Below, piece by piece: positions 58,225-64,000 of a stretch of 64,000 bases of DNA. The stretch covers positions 46 through 64,045 of the forward strand of contig JBOEGD010000016.1 of assembly GCA_050633245.1 (NCBI GenBank), given 5' to 3'. Source of the stretch: Calditrichia bacterium (lineage in GTDB: Bacteria; Calditrichota; Calditrichia; RBG-13-44-9; J075). Under the pieces are notes generated by a model, which was given only the letters and a program-made list of their open reading frames with translations, had not been told where the DNA came from and ran no database searches. Each line of letters begins with the position of its first letter. Position 1 is the first letter of the stretch. A program made the position numbers and the translations under genes.

Positions 58225-60294
58225 TTATTCTTTCGTCTCGTCCAGTTTCTCCCTGTAGGATTGTAAATTATGAAATGCGATATCAAGATGAGGATGCCCA
58301 CCCGTAAAATTTTTTTGCCAAATCTGCAAGGCCCTTTCTTCAAACACCACTGCAAAATTATAGCTTTCCATGACCGCGTAAATACTCGCAAGGTTGTGAT
58401 AAGACTGCGCTAAGTCCGGGTGATCACCAGACAAAGTTGAGCCACGTATTTCAACCGATTTCTGCTGCATTTCCAAAGCCTCAGCGAAACAATATAACCC
58501 CTTATAAATAAGCGACAGGTTATTGTAGGACGTCGCTAGATTAGGATGATCCACACCCATAACCGAGATATAAATTTTATGTGCTTTCTTCTGCGTAGCC
58601 AACGCCTCGTCCAAACGTCCCATTGATTCAAAAATAAGTGACAAATTGTTGTAAGAGGTTGCTAAATTAGGGTGATCAGAGGGCAACGCCGACTCGAATA
58701 TGTCAATTGCTTTCTGCTGGGAAGCCAGTGCATTATCTAAACGACTCAAAGAACGATAAATTAGCGACAAATTATTGTAGGAGCTTCCTAAGTCAAGGTG
58801 ATCGGGTGGTAATAGTAACTCACTAATTTTAAGATCTTTCAGCTGCGACGCAAGCGCATCATCCAAACGCCCTAAAGAAAGATAAATTTGCGACAGGTCG
58901 TTATAGGAATCAGCCAATAAGGCATCGGTGCTATGAAGGAGCTGCTCTCGAATAGCAACGGAGCGTAGCTGCACCCTGAGGGATTCATTTAACTTTCCAA
59001 TTCCACGATATACCCAGCCCAAATAATACCCCAATGTCGCCAAGATTAGATGATCTTCGTTAAGATGGTTAAACAGTTCCTGACTGTAGGGAAGAAAAAT
59101 TGATTTACTAATTGGATTATCCCCCGGCTTCATTTCAAGTTTACTGATAAGCGAGTTGACCAAGATATTACAAGACATTGCCTTTGGCTTCAGCCGTTCC
59201 CGAGCCACGGCAGCAATAATTGGGTGCAAAAACACTTCAAAACCTTCCTGCTCAGACAGCCAGCCTTTGGCGACTAGTGAAGTGAGGGTATCGCTAATGT
59301 CATCCTGTAGCCAGTCGCTTAGTATTGCGGCTTCCATAGGCTCAGACGGCAATACACATAGATTAGCCAGCACGTAGGCTTCCTCTTCTGACAGGCTGTC
59401 CATTGCAAAAACGTTGTTTAAATGCTCAAAAAGCTTCTTTTCATCGACCTGCTCATGCCAGAGCATCTTCACGTTCTTTGGCAAGGCCTCATTCAGATTA
59501 AAGCCGATATCTATCAGGCGTTCAAACAGAACGGCAATGCTGATTTTTGCATGGTTGGCCGTCTTGGCAAGCAGCTCGACGGTCAGAGTATGCTGCCCGG
59601 TAAGATCGATCACGGCATCCAGCGTTTCCTCATCGCGCTTGCCGTTGTAAAAGCGATAGAAAACTTCCCGGCAGCTTTCAACGTCCAGAAATCCCAACGG
59701 ATAGCTTTCAAAACCTTCCAGCTGTAGACGTGAGCTGGTAACCACCTTTAGCGGCAGGCCGCGCAGTGCGGCCAGATCAGCGTCTTCTGCATCAAGAATG
59801 TCATCAACCAGCAGTAATGACTTTTCCGGCAAGTCGGCAAGAATAAGCATCACCTGCTCAAACTGTTCATTTAATGTTTGCCCCTCTCGCGGTCTGAATA
59901 CGTCTGTTCTAATAGCACGTACTAATGATTCCCGAAAGTTGCCGAGATAATCTACCCAGAGCAGGTGCTCAAACTTCGCCTGCTGTTCATGAAAAAAATG
60001 CCGGCACAGCTCGGTTTTGCCAATTCCACCCAGGCCATTCACCACCACCACTGCTCCGGCATCATTCAGCGAGGTTTCCAGCTGACGCAGATCTTCCTCC
60101 CGACCAAAGAAACCTGCATTCTGCGGTGGCGTGCCGGTGAGGAATTTGGGCAGCGGTTTTTCACCGGAAATATATTGATTTATGATATTTCCATAGTGAA
60201 CGTGCTGCGTATTGCCATCGCCCTGCTGATTCGGGCTTTGGCTAAAGGCATTAGCGCTCTGCTCTTGCTTTTTTGGCTTCTTTTTTGACGACAT
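58225..60294 (-). CDS. NLR-like STAND NTPase with C-terminal TPR repeats, paralog B
   Basis: 689 aa with N-terminus MSSKKKPKKQEQSANAFSQSPNQQGDGNTQHVHYGNIINQYISG and the same P-loop GLGGIGKTEL. The TPR region diverges from paralog A. 15 bp gap to A. Confidence 0.8.
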   Translation of the reverse strand: MSSKKKPKKQEQSANAFSQSPNQQGDGNTQHVHYGNIINQYISGEKPLPKFLTGTPPQNAGFFGREEDLRQLETSLNDAGAVVVVNGLGGIGKTELCRHFFHEQQAKFEHLLWVDYLGNFRESLVRAIRTDVFRPREGQTLNEQFEQVMLILADLPEKSLLLVDDILDAEDADLAALRGLPLKVVTSSRLQLEGFESYPLGFLDVESCREVFYRFYNGKRDEETLDAVIDLTGQHTLTVELLAKTANHAKISIAVLFERLIDIGFNLNEALPKNVKMLWHEQVDEKKLFEHLNNVFAMDSLSEEEAYVLANLCVLPSEPMEAAILSDWLQDDISDTLTSLVAKGWLSEQEGFEVFLHPIIAAVARERLKPKAMSCNILVNSLISKLEMKPGDNPISKSIFLPYSQELFNHLNEDHLILATLGYYLGWVYRGIGKLNESLRVQLRSVAIREQLLHSTDALLADSYNDLSQIYLSLGRLDDALASQLKDLKISELLLPPDHLDLGSSYNNLSLIYRSLSRLDNALASQQKAIDIFESALPSDHPNLATSYNNLSLIFESMGRLDEALATQKKAHKIYISVMGVDHPNLATSYNNLSLIYKGLYCFAEALEMQQKSVEIRGSTLSGDHPDLAQSYHNLASIYAVMESYNFAVVFEERALQIWQKNFTGGHPHLDIAFHNLQSYREKLDETKE

Positions 60295-60315
60295 AGTATG
60301 GACCTAGTTTTGTTG

Positions 60316-62259
60316 CTATTTCGTCTCATCCAGTTTCTCTTGATAGGATTGCAAAGCACTGGATGAACTGTCAACGTGAGGGTGCCCATCAGGAAAGTTC
60401 ACCTCAAGTATTTGCAGGGCCTTCGCTTCGAGTTCTAGTGCCTTCTGGTAATTTTTCTGCACTGCATAAATGCCGGCTAGGTTGTGATAGGAAATCGCTA
60501 AATGAGGATGAGCCGTATCCAAAACAATTTCAGCAATTTTGTGCGCTTTCTCTTGCGTAGCCGACGCCTCGTCCAAACGCCCCAAAGAACGATAAATCAG
60601 TGACAGATTGTTGTAGGACCCCGCTACATGGGGATGAGTCGAATCCAAAGCCGACTTAAGTATTTTGTGCGCTTTCTCTTGCGCAGCCAATGCCTCATCC
60701 AAACGACTCAAAGAACGATAAATCAGTGACAGATTGTTGTAGGACGTCGCTAATAAAGGATGATTTGCTTCCAACACTGACTCGCTGATTTCAATATCCT
60801 TCTGCTGCGCAGCCAATGCCTCATCCAAACGCCCCAAAGACTGAAAGGTTAGTGCCAAATTGGAATAGGATGAAGCCAGAGAATTATCATTATTTTCTAA
60901 CAGCCGCTCTTCGATCTCAAGCCCACGGTGTTGAACTTTTAGAGAGTCTTCTAACCTTCCAAGATCGCGGTAAACCCAAGCCAGGTGAAACATCAATTTT
61001 GCCACCAGCGTACTATCTTCATTCAATTGATCGACCAGTTTTTGCGCAAAGGGCACATAGCCGGCACGACGAAGTGGATTATCTTCCGGCTCAACAGTCA
61101 GCTTTATTGTAAGCGATTCGATCAGCTTCCTACAGGTGTCGGGAGTGGGCTCTAACAGTTCGCGAGCCACTGCGGCAATAATCGGGTGCAAAAACACTTC
61201 AAAACCTTCCTGCTCAGACAGCCAGCCTTTAGCTGTGAGGGCAGTCAGCGTATCGCTGAGATCCTTTTTCAGCCAGTCGCTTAAGGTCTGGGCTTCCAAT
61301 GGTTCAGACGGCAGCACACAGAAATTAGACAAAACCTCGACCTCGTCGTCAGTAAGGTCCTCCATTGCAAAGACGTTTCTTAAGTGCTCAAAGAGCTTCT
61401 TTTCATCAATCTCGTCATGCCAGAGCGTCTTTACGTTCTTCGGTAGAGCCTCATTCAGGTTAAAGCCGATCTCCTTCAAGCGTTCAACCAGATCCGCAAT
61501 GCTGATTTTGGCATGATTGGCTGTCTTGGCCAAAAGCTCGACGGTAAGCGTATGCTGCCCGGCAAGGTCGATAATCTCCTCCAGCGTTTGCTCATCGCGC
61601 CTGCCCTTGTAAAAGCGATAGAAAATCTCTTTGCAGCTTTCCATATCCAGAAATCCCAGCGGATAGCTTTCAAAGCCTTCCAGCTGTAAGCGCGAGCTGC
61701 TAACCACCTTTAGCGGCAGGCTGCGCAAGGCCGCTAAATCGGGATCATTAACATCATCAATATCATCAACAACCAGCAGGGTCTTCCTCGGCAAATTGGT
61801 AGCCAGCCCCATAACCAGCGCAAACTGCTCATCCAGAGTCTGCCCTTCGGTTGGCATAAATACTTCGGATCGCATTACCCGCACCAAAGACTCGCGGAAG
61901 CTACCGAGATAATCCACCCACAGCAGGTGCGTAAACTGCTCTTTCTGCCGGTGAAAAAACTGCCGGCACAGCTCGGTTTTGCCAATCCCGCCCAGACCGT
62001 TCACCACAACCACCGCCCCGGCACTGTTCAGCGTATTTTCCAACTGCGCGAGGTCTTCCTCCCGGCCAAAAAAGCCGGCATTTTGCGGTGGCGTACCGGT
62101 AAGAAATTTGGGCAGCGGCTTTTGCTGCGGAAGATTGTTAATCGTGCGCTTATCAATATTTACGGATGCCTGTTCACCGCTAATATTTAGCTGGTCATTG
62201 GCAATTTTAGTTTTTGAGTGGCTGACAGAAGTCTGTTGAGGCTTTTTCTTTTTTGCCAA
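60316..62259 (-). CDS. NLR-like STAND NTPase with C-terminal TPR repeats, paralog C
   Basis: 647 aa with a distinct N-terminal motif MAKKKKPQQTSVSHSKTKIANDQLNISGEQASVNIDKRTINNL, then the shared KPLPKFLTGTPPQNAGFFGREEDL and P-loop GLGGIGKTEL. 21 bp gap to B. Confidence 0.8.
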   Translation of the reverse strand: MAKKKKPQQTSVSHSKTKIANDQLNISGEQASVNIDKRTINNLPQQKPLPKFLTGTPPQNAGFFGREEDLAQLENTLNSAGAVVVVNGLGGIGKTELCRQFFHRQKEQFTHLLWVDYLGSFRESLVRVMRSEVFMPTEGQTLDEQFALVMGLATNLPRKTLLVVDDIDDVNDPDLAALRSLPLKVVSSSRLQLEGFESYPLGFLDMESCKEIFYRFYKGRRDEQTLEEIIDLAGQHTLTVELLAKTANHAKISIADLVERLKEIGFNLNEALPKNVKTLWHDEIDEKKLFEHLRNVFAMEDLTDDEVEVLSNFCVLPSEPLEAQTLSDWLKKDLSDTLTALTAKGWLSEQEGFEVFLHPIIAAVARELLEPTPDTCRKLIESLTIKLTVEPEDNPLRRAGYVPFAQKLVDQLNEDSTLVAKLMFHLAWVYRDLGRLEDSLKVQHRGLEIEERLLENNDNSLASSYSNLALTFQSLGRLDEALAAQQKDIEISESVLEANHPLLATSYNNLSLIYRSLSRLDEALAAQEKAHKILKSALDSTHPHVAGSYNNLSLIYRSLGRLDEASATQEKAHKIAEIVLDTAHPHLAISYHNLAGIYAVQKNYQKALELEAKALQILEVNFPDGHPHVDSSSSALQSYQEKLDETK

Positions 62260-62691
62260 GGCTGGTTGCTCCCTATTGCTTTATGCAACGTTTATCCAGC
62301 TCGCCTGTCCTGGAATCAGCAGTAACACGTTGCTGACACAAAATTCAGGTAGGTCTATGATTGTCACTACTTTAATAGGTGCAGATATAGGGGAGATTTC
62401 GCAAAAAGATATAATTTTTTTGCTAAAATTTCAAGGCTTGAAAAAACCAGTCGCATCCTTTTTAGCAGTTCGCATGAGAATATAGATATTTATTGCTGAG
62501 GAAAATATCTGCAGGATCTCCGTCAGCATCTCGACTCTGCTCGATGTGATAAACGGATCAAACAGGTTAAGACCAATTTGTTCTGTTGTTCATAGTTTAT
62601 AAGCAAATTAAGATGAGGTAGCAAACAAAAAAGGAGGCTCCGCAAATTGCAGAGCCTCCTCGAGTAAAGATCTAATCATGATTTTAGAAGA

Positions 62692-64000
62692 CTAAGCCAC
62701 CTTCTGCGTTTGCTTTGCTTTCTGCGGCTTTTTCACCTCAGGATCCTTAGCCGCCGTGCGCATATATTCATCCTGCGAGAAGTCGTCGACTTGAATAACA
62801 TCGGTGCGGACTTCTTCAGCACGTGCCAGCAGTGCGGCTTCGTCCTTGCTGATAATGCCATCCTTGACAGCTGCAACCACCATAAGGTCGAGACGATCAC
62901 GCTTCAGCTTGCTGCTTTTTAAGGCAGACATAACCTTCTTCACCACCGGCTGAGATTGGGCAGCTAAGGCCAGCCCAAGATTCAGGCGACCCAAAGCTTC
63001 AGTCGTATCTTCAGGATTGTAGCAGAGCGGCGTTAAACGATCTCGCTGCTCACCGGGCTGCTGCAGAATGCGTGCAACCTGACTACCTAACAAGTCACTC
63101 GGCTGCTTGCCGATGCTGTTTAGGCGAGACCACCAGGCCAGCGGGCCGCTAAACGGAAAGCCAAGATTGGCGAGTAAGCCGTCGAAACCCTGCTGAATTT
63201 CTGCAAAGGCATATTCCATCGACCACTGCATCAGAGCAAGATCTTCTTTCTTGCGACCTTCTGCTTCAAAGCGACGCAGAACCGATGCGCCCAAATACAT
63301 CCAGGAAAAGATGTCGGCATAACGACCGGTAATTTTCTCCATGCGCTTAAGGTTTCCACCAAATCGTCCCATTGCGATATCTGCCAGCAGCGCAAAAGAT
63401 GCCGAACTCCAGGCCAGCTTGCGCCAGTAACGTGCCGCTTCACCGCTTACCGGAGAACTTGCCAGGTAACCACGCGTGACGCTTAAACCAATCGAGCGAA
63501 ATAGATTGCGCACAACATGTCCGATATGAGACCAAAATGCTTCATCAAAGGCCTTCAGATCGTTATTGCCAAGCGCTTCAATTTCTTTCAGTGCATAAGG
63601 ATGACAGCGAATGGCACCCTGACCAAAGATCATCAGCGTTCGCGTCAAAATGTTCGCACCTTCCACGGTAATGCCAACCGGCGTATTCAAATAGGGATGC
63701 GCCAGCAAATTGCGCGGGCCGCGGGAAATTCCCGATCCACCGGCAATGTCCATGGCGTCATTAATGGCTTTGCGCCCAAGCTCGGTAAAATTGTATTTTG
63801 CCATCGCGGTAATCACCGGAGGCTTCTCACCACTGTCCAGGGCACCGCAAGTAAAACGTCGCGCCGCTTCCAGGATGTAGGTAAATCCACCAATGCGCGC
63901 CAAAGGCTCTTCGATACCCTCAAACTTGCCGATTGGTAGGCCAAACTGCTTACGCAGGCGTGCATAGGCACCAATACCGCGGGTAATCATTTGCGTGCCC
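62692..64000 (-). CDS. fadE: acyl-CoA dehydrogenase (FadE-like), C-terminal ~435 aa (N-terminal part beyond the window)
   Basis: The frame stays open to position 64000. ...TRTLMIFGQGAIRCHPYALKEIEA... and the following helical domain match the C-terminal region of large FadE-type acyl-CoA dehydrogenases. Confidence 0.7.
   Translation of the reverse strand, partial: GTQMITRGIGAYARLRKQFGLPIGKFEGIEEPLARIGGFTYILEAARRFTCGALDSGEKPPVITAMAKYNFTELGRKAINDAMDIAGGSGISRGPRNLLAHPYLNTPVGITVEGANILTRTLMIFGQGAIRCHPYALKEIEALGNNDLKAFDEAFWSHIGHVVRNLFRSIGLSVTRGYLASSPVSGEAARYWRKLAWSSASFALLADIAMGRFGGNLKRMEKITGRYADIFSWMYLGASVLRRFEAEGRKKEDLALMQWSMEYAFAEIQQGFDGLLANLGFPFSGPLAWWSRLNSIGKQPSDLLGSQVARILQQPGEQRDRLTPLCYNPEDTTEALGRLNLGLALAAQSQPVVKKVMSALKSSKLKRDRLDLMVVAAVKDGIISKDEAALLARAEEVRTDVIQVDDFSQDEYMRTAAKDPEVKKPQKAKQTQKVA

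Noticed and set aside
56032-62259. Repeated DNA blocks at ~2.1 kb spacing that could be mistaken for a repeat array or CRISPR-like structure
   Set aside because: The repeats are hundreds of bp long, lie inside long ORFs and correspond to paralogous coding sequence (NB-ARC cores). There are no short regular spacers.
1-64000. Search for tRNA, rRNA, CRISPR arrays, integrases or transposases
   Set aside because: No cloverleaf-like conserved tRNA blocks (GTTCGAATC-type T-arm) or rRNA-like conserved stretches were seen. There are no short direct-repeat/spacer arrays and no ORF with recombinase or transposase motifs. The window appears free of mobile elements.

Overview
This is a 64 kb chromosomal window, about 50% GC and gene-dense, from what looks like a Gram-negative bacterium. 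The gene content (FabV, DUF5916, MacAB-type efflux, TPR lipoproteins, OlsB/GlsB-like lipid genes, Nap) suggests the FCB group (Bacteroidota/Ignavibacteriota-like), but I cannot prove this from sequence alone. Most of the window is ordinary housekeeping or envelope genes: arfB, fabV, a macA/lolD/permease efflux operon, an acyl-CoA dehydrogenase, a LysR regulator, a histidine kinase/sigma-54 regulator pair, and outer-membrane proteins. Five regions stand out. (1) At 54.5-62.3 kb there is a tight minus-strand operon of three tandem paralogous NB-ARC/STAND ATPase plus TPR (NLR-like) genes followed by a CHAT (caspase-like) protease gene; the protease linker carries two short Gly/Gln/Asn-rich motifs, each matching the extreme N-terminus of a different NLR paralog, which looks like an amyloid-signalling-type NLR/effector cell-death module. 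(2) At 39-44 kb there are two tandem, divergent, non-DnaK Hsp70-family paralogs, the second carrying a unique ~330 aa C-terminal extension. (3) At 31.3-37.8 kb there is a periplasmic nitrate reductase locus, napD-napA, followed by two tetraheme c-type cytochromes and an NrfC-like/NrfD-like quinol-dehydrogenase module in place of NapC or NapGH. (4) At 27.3-29.8 kb there is an 850 aa fusion of alpha/beta-hydrolase, DedA and ATP-grasp domains, next to an OlsB/OlsA-like acyl-amino-acid lipid gene pair. (5) At 15.7-18.8 kb there is a 1050 aa single-pass membrane protein with pentapeptide repeats, a Rossmann-like domain, a very long acidic disordered segment and a TolB-like periplasmic domain. No rRNA, tRNA, CRISPR array or obvious transposase/integrase was seen.
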